Assembly (NCBI GenBank): GCA_964621265.1
Contig: CAZULQ010000008.1
Span: 49 to 64,048, forward strand
Direction: 5' to 3'
DNA: 64,000 nucleotides
Source: an uncultured Clostridium sp.
GTDB lineage: Bacteria; Bacillota; Clostridia; Oscillospirales; Ruminococcaceae
Below, piece after piece: positions 49,459 to 58,579 of this stretch (positions are counted from its first letter, which is position 1; each line of letters starts with the position of its first letter). The translations under genes and the position numbers were made by a program. The notes under the pieces were generated by a model. That model ran no database searches. It was not told where the DNA came from and saw nothing but the letters and a program-made list of their open reading frames with translations.

Positions 49459-50151
49459 TTATTTTTTCCACGGACGAGCCTTTCCCGTCCAGCCTTTTTC
49501 CTTCCAGTAGTCGGCATCCGCCTTGTTCCAGCCTTTTTTCTGAGCCATACTCATGATTTTAAAGAAAGCCTTTGTTTTTATGGAAGGCGTAACTCTGCCA
49601 TGACTGAATTTAATGTACTTTGCAATACTTTCGAGCTTTTTGTTAATCTTATGTTTTTTCTTGTCATCGACAGCCTCCCAGGAAGTTGCCGCAATACCCA
49701 GACCATAAGAATAAACCCTGCCGACGCCCCAGAAAAACAAGCTGTCCTTTATGTCCTTAATAGTTGATTTCACACCTGCGCCTGCAGCAGTTGAGAGTAT
49801 GACTGCCTGCTTTGTAAACATCGATTCCTCAGGACGATGCACCATAAAGCGATAGCCATAGTGGTCAAGTAAAGCCTTCATAGCACCTGTACAGTGATAA
49901 ACATAAACAGGCGAAGTGAAAATCAGCAGGTCTGCCGAATCAATAGCTTCTGTTACAGGACGGAGCTTTTCATAATGAGGGCACAAAGTCTCGCTCTTCA
50001 CAAAGCAGTTTGTACAGCCACAGCAAAACTCATCAAAATCACGGGGCAGGAAAAATTCAGTAACCTCGCCCGAAAGCTTTTCACACAGAATTTTCCCCAT
50101 GTTGTACGTTGAACCCTTGTGGTTCTGACCGTTTATTACAACAATTTTCAT
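49459..50151 (-). CDS. Flavodoxin-like / iron-sulfur flavoprotein (NADPH-dependent FMN reductase family)
   Basis: INGQNHKGST, CCGCTNC...CPH cluster motif, SPVYVYH, STAAGAG; ATGA overlap with glmM stop. Confidence 0.85.
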   Translation of the reverse strand: MKIVVINGQNHKGSTYNMGKILCEKLSGEVTEFFLPRDFDEFCCGCTNCFVKSETLCPHYEKLRPVTEAIDSADLLIFTSPVYVYHCTGAMKALLDHYGYRFMVHRPEESMFTKQAVILSTAAGAGVKSTIKDIKDSLFFWGVGRVYSYGLGIAATSWEAVDDKKKHKINKKLESIAKYIKFSHGRVTPSIKTKAFFKIMSMAQKKGWNKADADYWKEKGWTGKARPWKK

Positions 50152-51500
50152 TTTCCTGTGCGCTCCTTGATTTTGTCAGCAATAGCAACAGCATATTTAT
50201 TAATCTGACTAAAATCCTTACCCTCGAGCATAACTCTGATAAGCGGTTCTGTACCGCTTTCTCTTACTAAAATTCTACCAGTATCGCCAAGCTCGTTTTC
50301 ATACTGTTCAATAAGGTCTGTAATCTGGCTGTCGTTCTTCCATACTTCCTTGTCACGAGGACTGATTTTAACGTTAATCATAACCTGTGGGAATGTTTCC
50401 ATAACAGACGCAAGCTCTGACATTTTCTTGCCTGACTCAGCTAAGATTTCAAGAACTTTAGCACCTGAAAGCTGACCATCGCCTGTGTTTGCCTCATCAA
50501 GGAAAATAATATGTCCACTCTGTTCGCCGCCGAGATTATAGCCGCCCTCAAGCATTCTTTCAAGAACGTATCTGTCGCCGACCTTAGTAGTTTCCATTTT
50601 GATGTCATTTGCCTTGGCAAAGTATGTAAAGCCTAAGTTACTCATAACAGTAACAACCGCCGCATCATTTTTAAGCTTGCCCTTTTCCTTGTAGGATTTA
50701 GCGCAGATTGCGATAAGCTTGTCACCGTCAACAAGCTCACCCTTTTCGTCAACAGCTAAGCATCTGTCAGCGTCACCGTCAAAAGCAAGACCCGCATGAC
50801 ACTTCTTGTCAACAACAAACTGCATAAGATTGTTGATGTGAGTTGAACCGCAGTTATCATTGATGTTTGTACCGTTTGGTGAAGCGCTCATGATATAAAC
50901 ACTTGCGCCGAGACCTTCAAAGAGTCTCTTTGCTGTTGCTGAAGCACTTCCGTTTGCACAGTCAAGCGCAATTCTGAGTCCTGTAAGATTTCCCTTGATT
51001 GACTTCATGATATGTCTTATGTAATCAGTCTGAGCGTCTCTGTAATATGTGATTTTACCAACCTCGCCGTCAGACACAAGCTTCATTTCCTCAGGCTTGT
51101 CGAGAATAAGCTCTTCGATTTCCTCTTCAAGCTCGTCTGAAAGCTTATAGCCTGTTGAAGCAAAAAGCTTGATACCGTTAAATTCAAAGCTGTTGTGTGA
51201 AGCAGAAATCATAACGCCTGCGTCAGCGCCCTTCTGCTTTACAAGCATAGCAACAGCAGGTGTCGGAACAACACCTAAAATCTGAACATTCGCGCCAACT
51301 GAGCAGATACCTGCCGCAAGAGCTGCTTCAAGAACGTCTGATGAAATTCTTGTGTCCTTGCCGATGAAGATTGTCGGCTTATGCTTTGTTCTCTTTGTAA
51401 GCACGATTGCCGCCGCTCTGCCTATATTCATTGCAATTTCGCATGTAAGCTCTGTTATTGCAACGCCTCTTGCACCATCTGTACCAAATAATCTACCCAT
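50148..51500 (-). CDS. glmM: Phosphoglucosamine mutase
   Basis: LFGTDGARG, ISASHN, FDGDADR, GGEQSGH, VRESGTEP. Confidence 0.97.
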   Translation of the reverse strand: MGRLFGTDGARGVAITELTCEIAMNIGRAAAIVLTKRTKHKPTIFIGKDTRISSDVLEAALAAGICSVGANVQILGVVPTPAVAMLVKQKGADAGVMISASHNSFEFNGIKLFASTGYKLSDELEEEIEELILDKPEEMKLVSDGEVGKITYYRDAQTDYIRHIMKSIKGNLTGLRIALDCANGSASATAKRLFEGLGASVYIMSASPNGTNINDNCGSTHINNLMQFVVDKKCHAGLAFDGDADRCLAVDEKGELVDGDKLIAICAKSYKEKGKLKNDAAVVTVMSNLGFTYFAKANDIKMETTKVGDRYVLERMLEGGYNLGGEQSGHIIFLDEANTGDGQLSGAKVLEILAESGKKMSELASVMETFPQVMINVKISPRDKEVWKNDSQITDLIEQYENELGDTGRILVRESGTEPLIRVMLEGKDFSQINKYAVAIADKIKERTGK

Positions 51501-51537
51501 TTTAAATTATCTCCTTATTATGTTTTTGTTTGTTGTA

Positions 51538-52587
51538 CTATATTGTAAGCTGTCCGTCATCTGTCGTGTCATTTCTTGTAAATCCCAGATGAGCGTAAGC
51601 TAAATTTGTCGCAACTCTTCCTCTCGGAGTTCTTGCTAAAAATCCGAGCTGCATTAAATATGGCTCGCATACGTCCTCAAGCGTAATCGCTTCTTCGCCG
51701 ATTGCGGAAGCCAGTGTTTCAAGTCCCGCAGGACCGCCGTTATAGCCCTTTATGAGCATTGTGAGCATTCGCTTGTCAAGACTGTCAAGCCCGAGTGCGT
51801 CAATTTCAAGTCTGTTAAGAGCAATTGCCGCAATTTCGCCTGTAATTTCACCGTCGCCCATAACCTCAGCAAAGTCTCTCACACGCTTTAAAAGCCTGTT
51901 TGCAATTCTCGGAGTACCTCTCGACCTTTTTGCAATTTCCAGCGCACCGTCCGAAGTACACGGAATCCCCAGCAGTGAACTGCTTCGCCTTATGATATCG
52001 CTTAATTGTTCATGAGTGTAAAGCTCAAGTCGCTGAACAATGCCGAAACGGTCACGAAGCGGGGAAGTCAGCTGACCTGCCCTTGTTGTCGCCCCGACAA
52101 GCGTGAACTTTTCAAGGTCAACTCTGATTGAACGTGCCGAAGGCCCTTTGCCTATGATAATATCAAGTGCACCGTCTTCAAGCGCAGGATAGAGTATTTC
52201 CTCAACTGCTCTTGAAAGTCTGTGGATTTCGTCGATGAAAAGCACATCGTTTTCCGAAAGGTTTGTAAGCAGTGCCGCCAGATCCCCCGGCTTTTCGATT
52301 GCAGGACCTGTTGTGATTCTCAGGTTTGCACCCATTTCGTGGGCAATAATTCCTGCAAGCGTTGTTTTACCAAGTCCCGGAGGACCGTAAAGCAGAACAT
52401 GGTCAAGCGGCTCGCTTCGGCGTTTTGCCGCTTCAATGTAAATCGCAAGATTCTCTTTTACCTTGTCCTGTCCTATATATTCCTGTAATGTCTGAGGTCG
52501 CAGAGTAAATTCAGTTTCTGTGTCCGCCTCGGTATACTCCGGCGCAACAACTCTGCTCTCAAACTCCATATCTGATGTTTCTATCAC
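51538..52587 (-). CDS. ruvB: Holliday junction branch-migration helicase RuvB
   Basis: [40 protein letters not shown]. Confidence 0.98.
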   Translation of the reverse strand: MIETSDMEFESRVVAPEYTEADTETEFTLRPQTLQEYIGQDKVKENLAIYIEAAKRRSEPLDHVLLYGPPGLGKTTLAGIIAHEMGANLRITTGPAIEKPGDLAALLTNLSENDVLFIDEIHRLSRAVEEILYPALEDGALDIIIGKGPSARSIRVDLEKFTLVGATTRAGQLTSPLRDRFGIVQRLELYTHEQLSDIIRRSSSLLGIPCTSDGALEIAKRSRGTPRIANRLLKRVRDFAEVMGDGEITGEIAAIALNRLEIDALGLDSLDKRMLTMLIKGYNGGPAGLETLASAIGEEAITLEDVCEPYLMQLGFLARTPRGRVATNLAYAHLGFTRNDTTDDGQLTI

Positions 52588-52599
52588 TTTTTTCTCCCA

Positions 52600-53208
52600 T
52601 TATTTCATCTTACTGCTGATAATTTTAAGTGCCTGCTTTATGATTTCGCCCGAATCGAGAGTACTGTCAATCTTTGAAACAGCCCCTGCCGCTTCCGCCT
52701 GTGAATAGCCAAGCACCATAAGCGCAGACATCGCCTCAGATACATTATCGTTTGCAACGTTCTCTGCAACCTTAAATCCATCAGCAAGTTCCTTTGATGT
52801 TGCCTCTTTTGCTATTTTGTCTTTAAGCTCTAAAACTATACGCTGTGCAAGCTTCGGACCTACGCCCTTTGTTTTTGTGAACACCTTGCTGTCTCCCGAC
52901 GCAATAGTCAGCGCAAAGCGCTGTGAATCGATATCAGAAAGTATCGCAAGCGCCGCCTTAGGTCCGACTCCCGAAACAGAAAGCAGCATTTTAAAGCAAT
53001 TAAGCTCCTGTGTTGTTGAAAAACCGAAAAGCTCAACGTTATCCTCCCTGACATGCAGGTATGTATACACAAACGCCTCTGAACCGTTGCTTCCGAGCTG
53101 TGATGAAGTTGCACAGGTAGTCCTGCACGCATATCCCACTCCCGCACATTCAATAACCGCCAGCATAAGCTCTTTATGTATCAGCTTTCCTCTGAGACTA
53201 TATATCAT
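52600..53208 (-). CDS. ruvA: Holliday junction branch-migration protein RuvA
   Basis: GVGY, HVRED..LFGF, VSGVGPK, GVGPKLAQRI. Confidence 0.97.
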   Translation of the reverse strand: MIYSLRGKLIHKELMLAVIECAGVGYACRTTCATSSQLGSNGSEAFVYTYLHVREDNVELFGFSTTQELNCFKMLLSVSGVGPKAALAILSDIDSQRFALTIASGDSKVFTKTKGVGPKLAQRIVLELKDKIAKEATSKELADGFKVAENVANDNVSEAMSALMVLGYSQAEAAGAVSKIDSTLDSGEIIKQALKIISSKMK

Positions 53209-53224
53209 TTTTTCTTCTCCATTA

Positions 53225-53704
53225 TCATCTTATTCCCTTGCAGCAATGACCATGACAGATTGCAAGTGCAAGAGCGTCAGCCGCATCATCAGGCTTTGGA
53301 ATCTGTTCAAGCTTTAAAATTCTCCTTGTCATATCCATCACCTGTTTTTTCTCGGCTCTGCCATATCCAACAACCGACTGCTTCACCTGAAGCGGAGTAT
53401 ACTCAAAAACAGGAACATCATGTCTGACAGCGGAAAGAACAATAACTCCCCTTGCCTGTGCAACGTCAATACCCGTTTTCTGGTTACTGTTGAAAAACAG
53501 CTTTTCAATCGACATACAATCGGGTCTGAACTTGTCAAGAATATAGTCCATGTCCTCTGCGATTGATTTGAGCCTCTGGGGAAATTCCGTGTGCGCCTCG
53601 GTCAGAATTGCGCCGTATTCAAGCGGTGCAAAATTTGCCCCGGAATAATCAACTATTCCAAAACCGACTATCGCATAGCCGGGGTCTATTCCAAGTATAC
53701 GCAA
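53225..53704 (-). CDS. ruvC: Crossover junction endodeoxyribonuclease RuvC
   Basis: ILGIDPG, IEKLFF, AQARG, GYGRAEKKQV, DDAADALA. Confidence 0.97.
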   Translation of the reverse strand: MRILGIDPGYAIVGFGIVDYSGANFAPLEYGAILTEAHTEFPQRLKSIAEDMDYILDKFRPDCMSIEKLFFNSNQKTGIDVAQARGVIVLSAVRHDVPVFEYTPLQVKQSVVGYGRAEKKQVMDMTRRILKLEQIPKPDDAADALALAICHGHCCKGIR

Positions 53705-53863
53705 ACAAACTCCTCCAAAAACATATTTATATTTTATTATAACATATAATGCATATCAGTTTCAATAGAAATATGCGATTTATCTTGAATTTTCAGCTTT
53801 TTTATTAAATAAAACAGCTTTTAAAGCTTGCTTTGACGAAAAAGCTTGTGAAAATACGAAAAA

Positions 53864-53890
53864 AATCCGGAAGCATAACACTTCCGGATT
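53864..53890 (-). terminator. Intrinsic terminator after lipoprotein gene
   Basis: AATCCGGAAG...CTTCCGGATT with T-tract on the minus strand. Confidence 0.75.
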
Positions 53891-53895
53891 GATTT

Positions 53896-55101
53896 TTATT
53901 CAATATTAATCTCGAACGGGTCATATCTGTCATATGCATCCTCGTTCTTAACAACCTCTAATGTTTCAGCAATAGCCTGAATAACATCTTCGAATTCTTC
54001 ATAATACATTGTCCAGCGAACGTTGTCTGAAACAGTTTCGTTCCAGAGGTCATCCTCTGTCATACGTTCTTCAATATCAAATCTTACGATTACATAAATT
54101 GTGTCTTCATCTTCAACGATTTCAGGAACGCCTGTTTTGGCATCATTGAAAATCCAGTCATAACAAGCCTTTGAAGGAGTGTATGTCACTTCGTCCTCAG
54201 GTGTGCCTTCCTCTGTTGTAACAACAGGAACAACCACTTCATTTGTATATGGTGAAGTTGTAGTAGTAGTTGTTGTTTCATCTCCTGTTTCTTCAGGCGC
54301 TGTTGTAACAACCTCTTCAGGAACTTCTTCTCCTGCAGCTTCTAAAGTTGCACCGTATACATAATCGTCATATTCTTCCTGGAATTCATTGAAAAGCTCA
54401 AGCATTTCAGTATCATTTTTAGCCTTTGAAGCACGCTTCTTGAAATCCTCAGCCATATCTCTGAGTTCTTCCTTGCCTGCTTCGTCGAGTTCGTTGCCTT
54501 CTGTATCGTGAAGATCAAGGTCAATGTATCTTACTCTGGCATTATTTTCAACGTAATAATCCTTTATAGTTTCTTCCTTGATGCCCTCAGAGCCGCCTTC
54601 GCCGTAATATGCTTCAAAAACCTTTTCAGCCTTATATGTCATTTCCTGAATTTCATATAATGATTCTTCGCCTACGCCGTTTTCTGTAAGTGACTTACCG
54701 TATGCATCCCAGTAGCCATCAACATATGCGTCAATATCATTCTGCTCAGCTTCTGTAAATGAAAGACCGAGTTCATCAAACTGTCTTAAAATTGTAACGT
54801 GCTGAATACATTCATCAGTTGTCTGGTCCTTGACATAGTTCATAAATTCCATACCGTCGAGCTTTGTAGCCTTTAAAGCTTCTTCGTCTTCAACGTCAAG
54901 GTCCTTGTTTATGCCTGCTGCCTTGTTTTTAGCCTCTTCAAGTGAATTGAGAGAATACCAGATATAAACACCGGCCTTGATTTCATATCCGTCAACTGTA
55001 AGTGCAACTGCAGTGTCCTCGCCGAAATTACAGCCTGCACAGCTTAAAACCATTGCAGAAGATAATACACCCGCAATGACTCTTTTAATCTTTCCAAACA
55101 T
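53896..55101 (-). CDS. Acidic lipoprotein, possibly PrsA/SurA-like foldase
   Basis: Lipobox-like SCAGC; VALTVDGYEI...Y N-domain and ARVRYI reminiscent of PrsA/SurA; Thr/Glu-rich insert; family assignment tentative. Confidence 0.6.
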   Translation of the reverse strand: MFGKIKRVIAGVLSSAMVLSCAGCNFGEDTAVALTVDGYEIKAGVYIWYSLNSLEEAKNKAAGINKDLDVEDEEALKATKLDGMEFMNYVKDQTTDECIQHVTILRQFDELGLSFTEAEQNDIDAYVDGYWDAYGKSLTENGVGEESLYEIQEMTYKAEKVFEAYYGEGGSEGIKEETIKDYYVENNARVRYIDLDLHDTEGNELDEAGKEELRDMAEDFKKRASKAKNDTEMLELFNEFQEEYDDYVYGATLEAAGEEVPEEVVTTAPEETGDETTTTTTTSPYTNEVVVPVVTTEEGTPEDEVTYTPSKACYDWIFNDAKTGVPEIVEDEDTIYVIVRFDIEERMTEDDLWNETVSDNVRWTMYYEEFEDVIQAIAETLEVVKNEDAYDRYDPFEINIE

Positions 55102-55301
55102 TATCTTAAACCTCCGTAAAAGTAATAAAGTAACCCAATTAATAAACAGGACATCTTACATTATACTATATAACTTGCTATAAGTCCATACTTTTTGATA
55201 TATTTTTATGAAATTTCATAAAATTTTCAGAAATACCCGTTAAAAACAGAGTGAAAATATGGTATAATATCAATAATGACATCACAGAAAGGATTTTGAA
55301 C

Positions 55302-56054
55302 ATGAAAGCACTTATAACAGGAGCAAGCTCAGGAATCGGCAGAGATATGGCAAGATATCTTTCATCGCTCGGCTGGGAGCTTGTTTTAACTGCACGAAAC
55401 GAGGAAAATCTCAGACAGCTCGTCTCAGAGCTTGATACTCCTGCTGAAATAATACCGCTTGACCTTGCCGACGAAAAGAGCGTTTTTGAGCTTTACGAAA
55501 AAACAAAGTCGCAGAATATCGACCTGCTTGTAAACAATGCAGGCTACGGCATTTTCGGAGCATTCGATGAAACAGACCTCGAAGATGAATTGAATCTGAT
55601 AAACGTAAACATAAAAGCCGTCCACATTTTAACCAAACTTTTTCTGCGTGATTTCAAAAAGAAAAACAAGGGACATATCCTGAACGTTGCATCAAGCGCA
55701 GGGTTTATGACAGGTCCGCTTATGTCTGCTTACTACGCTTCAAAAAATTATGTCGTAAGGCTTTCACTTGCAATCCACGAGGAGTTAAGACGCTCAGGCA
55801 GTAACGTCAGAATCAGCGTTTTCTGCCCTGGTCCCGTTGAAACAAACTTCAACAACCGTGCAAATGTGTCCTTCAGTGTAAAGCCGATTTCAAGCGAATA
55901 TGCAGCAAAATATGCAATCGACAAATGCCTTTCGGGAAAAACAGTTATTATCCCGTCCATCATGATGAAGCTCAGCAACTTCAGCTCACGCTTCGTACCT
56001 TATAAAATGCTTTCCGCAATCACCTATAACATTCAGCATAAAAAGAAAAACTAA
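55302..56054 (+). CDS. Short-chain dehydrogenase/reductase
   Basis: ITGASSGIG, LVNNAG, NVASSAG, YYASK (YxxxK); start refined to ATG 55302. Confidence 0.93.
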   Translation: MKALITGASSGIGRDMARYLSSLGWELVLTARNEENLRQLVSELDTPAEIIPLDLADEKSVFELYEKTKSQNIDLLVNNAGYGIFGAFDETDLEDELNLINVNIKAVHILTKLFLRDFKKKNKGHILNVASSAGFMTGPLMSAYYASKNYVVRLSLAIHEELRRSGSNVRISVFCPGPVETNFNNRANVSFSVKPISSEYAAKYAIDKCLSGKTVIIPSIMMKLSNFSSRFVPYKMLSAITYNIQHKKKN

Positions 56055-57175
56055 TTCTTCTCGCTGTAATTTCCGATGAATTTGAAATCATCGCCGAGTT
56101 CATCCTGAAGCTCAACCAGGAGCGATTTAACCTTTGTATCATTTATGTTTCCTGCAAAATCAAGGAAAAATCTCACATCAAAACTGCCGTCCGCAACAGG
56201 GCGGCTTTCTATTTTTTCAAGACTCATATCATTCACGAAAAACTTTGTCAGCAGACGATAAAGACTACCGTTTGTATTAGGGAGTTCAAGAATAAGCGAT
56301 ACTGTCTTCGCATCGTCAGAGAGTCTGAAATCCTTTGTAACGCAGATAAATCTTGTGAAATTCGGAATTACATTTGAAATGTTCTTTTCAACAATTTCAA
56401 GACCATAAAGTTCAGCACAGTTTTCAGAGCATATTGCCGCACAGGCTGACGGAGTTTCGCTGACATACTTTGCCGCAGTCGCTGTGTTTTTCGCCTCAAC
56501 GGGTTCATATTTTCCTCTTCTGAGATACTCAGAACACTGACTGAGTGCCTGAGGGTGAGAATAAACCTTGCTGATTTTGCTGACATCTGTGCCAGGCTTT
56601 ACAGCAAAGCAGTTTGTAATTTCAATCTTAACTGTTTTAGCTATGTAAACATTATTCTTTCTCAGCAGGTCATAACACTGTGTAACCGACCCTGCTGTTG
56701 AATTGTTTATCGGCAGTATGCCGAATTCAGCATCGCCTTTTTCAACCGCTTTGAATACTTCATCAAATTCGTTATAAAACACAATCTGATTATCTTCAAA
56801 AAGCATTCTTGCCGCTGTTTCGGAATTTGAGCCCGCTGTACCCTGACATGCAACCTTTCCCCCCGAACACATATCAAGCGGGAGCGGCTTAATAAAATCA
56901 CGTTCTTTAAGCAGAGCCTGCTGCTGCAAGCACTTGCTTATATCCATAATTTCAGTAAAAAGTGACGCAGACGCTCCTTTTAAATCTTCAGGGCTGTTGT
57001 TCATAACCTTTTCAATAATCTGCTTTTCACGTTCAGACTGAAAAATCTGCATATTGTTTTCTTTTTTATAGAGAGCCACATTTCTGCAAAGCTCCATTCT
57101 CTTTTCAAAAGATTCAAGAATAACCTTATCAAGCTTGTCAATTTCAATTCTCAGTGCGTTAAGGTCCATTTTCAT
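56051..57175 (-). CDS. pheA: Bifunctional chorismate mutase/prephenate dehydratase
   Basis: LRIEIDKLD CM domain; ILPINNSTAGSV, YSHPQALSQC, TRF, ACT domain KIESRP. Confidence 0.92.
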   Translation of the reverse strand: MKMDLNALRIEIDKLDKVILESFEKRMELCRNVALYKKENNMQIFQSEREKQIIEKVMNNSPEDLKGASASLFTEIMDISKCLQQQALLKERDFIKPLPLDMCSGGKVACQGTAGSNSETAARMLFEDNQIVFYNEFDEVFKAVEKGDAEFGILPINNSTAGSVTQCYDLLRKNNVYIAKTVKIEITNCFAVKPGTDVSKISKVYSHPQALSQCSEYLRRGKYEPVEAKNTATAAKYVSETPSACAAICSENCAELYGLEIVEKNISNVIPNFTRFICVTKDFRLSDDAKTVSLILELPNTNGSLYRLLTKFFVNDMSLEKIESRPVADGSFDVRFFLDFAGNINDTKVKSLLVELQDELGDDFKFIGNYSEKN

Positions 57176-57207
57176 CACCATTTCCTTTTAATAATCATAC
57201 GTTATGT

Positions 57208-57236
57208 ATTATACAGCAAATCTTCAAAAAAATCAA
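57208..57236 (-). promoter_or_regulatory. SigA promoter for pheA
   Basis: TTGATT-17 nt-TATAAT. Confidence 0.7.
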
Positions 57237-57242
57237 GACAGA

Positions 57243-57281
57243 AAAACTGCCGTACCAAATCAGCAAGGCACAGCAGTTTTT
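57243..57281 (-). terminator. Intrinsic terminator after fucO-like gene
   Basis: AAAAACTGC...GCAGTTTTT inverted repeat. Confidence 0.65.
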
Positions 57282-57290
57282 CCGGGTTAT

Positions 57291-58439
57291 TTATAGGAGT
57301 GACATATAAAGCTTTTCAATTTCCTCAACAGATGTGTCCTTAGGATTTCCCGGACGACAAGCATCAGCATATGCTGATTCCGCAAGGAATTTAACATCCT
57401 CAGGCTTTACAATATCCTTGAGGTTCGCAGGGATTCCAACATCCTCTGAGAGCTTCTTGACTGCATCAACAGCAGCTTTTCTGTATTCGTCAACCGACAT
57501 TGTTTCAGTATCCTTAACGCCCATAGCGGCAGCGATATATTTATACTTATCGCCTGTTGCCTCAGCGTTATACTCCATAACAGTCGGCAGAATAATTGCA
57601 TTTGCAACACCATGAGGTGTATCATAAACTGCACCGAGAGGGTGAGCCATTGAATGAACAATACCAAGACCAACATTTGAGAATCCCATACCTGCAATAT
57701 ACTGTCCAAGAGCCATTCCTTCACGGCCTTCAGGAGTATTGCTTACAGCACCTCTTAAAGAAGCTGCAATAATTTCAATTGCCTTGAGATGGAACATGTC
57801 AGTCATTTCCCATGCAGCCTTTGTTGTAAAGCCTTCGATTGCATGAGTCAGAGCATCCATACCTGTTGCCGCTGTAAGTGACGGAGGCATAGTGTTCATC
57901 ATTTCAGGGTCAACAAACGCAACAACAGGGATATCGTGAGTATCTACACAAACCATCTTTCTGTTGTTTTCTTCGTCTGTGATAACATAGTTTATAGTAA
58001 CCTCCGCAGCTGTTCCGGCAGTTGTCGGTACAGCAAGGATTGGTACACAAGGATTCTTTGTCGGCGCAACGCCTTCCAGGCTTCTGACATCTGCAAATTC
58101 AGGATTTGTAATAATAATACCGATTGCCTTTGCTGTGTCCATAGAAGAACCGCCGCCGACTGCAATAATATAGTCAGCCTCAGACTTCTTGAACGCCTCA
58201 ACACCGTCCTGTACATTCTTGATAGTCGGATTAGGCTTGATGTCAGAATAAATCTGATATGAAAGTTCGTTTTTCTGAAGTAAATCTGTAACCTTTGCTG
58301 TAACACCGAATTTAATCAGGTCAGGGTCAGAGCAGATAAATGCTTTTTTAAAGCCTCTTCCGTTAACTTCTGCAATAATATCATTGATTGCACCTGCACC
58401 ATGATATGAAATTCCGTTTAATACGATTCTTTGTGACAT
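57291..58439 (-). CDS. fucO: Iron-containing alcohol dehydrogenase, lactaldehyde reductase-like
   Basis: IKPNPT, GGGSSMDTAK, PTTAGT, TGMDALTHAIE, GIVHSMAHPLG, PHGVANA. Confidence 0.85.
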   Translation of the reverse strand: MSQRIVLNGISYHGAGAINDIIAEVNGRGFKKAFICSDPDLIKFGVTAKVTDLLQKNELSYQIYSDIKPNPTIKNVQDGVEAFKKSEADYIIAVGGGSSMDTAKAIGIIITNPEFADVRSLEGVAPTKNPCVPILAVPTTAGTAAEVTINYVITDEENNRKMVCVDTHDIPVVAFVDPEMMNTMPPSLTAATGMDALTHAIEGFTTKAAWEMTDMFHLKAIEIIAASLRGAVSNTPEGREGMALGQYIAGMGFSNVGLGIVHSMAHPLGAVYDTPHGVANAIILPTVMEYNAEATGDKYKYIAAAMGVKDTETMSVDEYRKAAVDAVKKLSEDVGIPANLKDIVKPEDVKFLAESAYADACRPGNPKDTSVEEIEKLYMSLL

Positions 58440-58483
58440 AAATTTCTAAGTTCCTTTCTATATTTTACTAATATTGTATTTAT

Positions 58484-58512
58484 ATTATACCTCTTTTATC
58501 AACGTTTGTCAA
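58484..58512 (-). promoter_or_regulatory. SigA promoter for fucO-like gene
   Basis: TTGACA-17 nt-TATAAT. Confidence 0.82.
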
Positions 58513-58542
58513 TAGTTTTTGTGTTTTATAAACAATAAAATT

Positions 58543-58572
58543 AAACGACCCTTCTTAAAAGAAAGGTCGTTT
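58543..58572 (-). terminator. Intrinsic terminator after GH5 gene
   Basis: AAACGACC...GGTCGTTT inverted repeat. Confidence 0.72.
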
Positions 58573-58579
58573 TTTAAAG

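Noticed and set aside
53705-53860. LexA (GAAC-N4-GTTC) box upstream of ruvC-ruvA-ruvB
   Set aside because: No convincing match found
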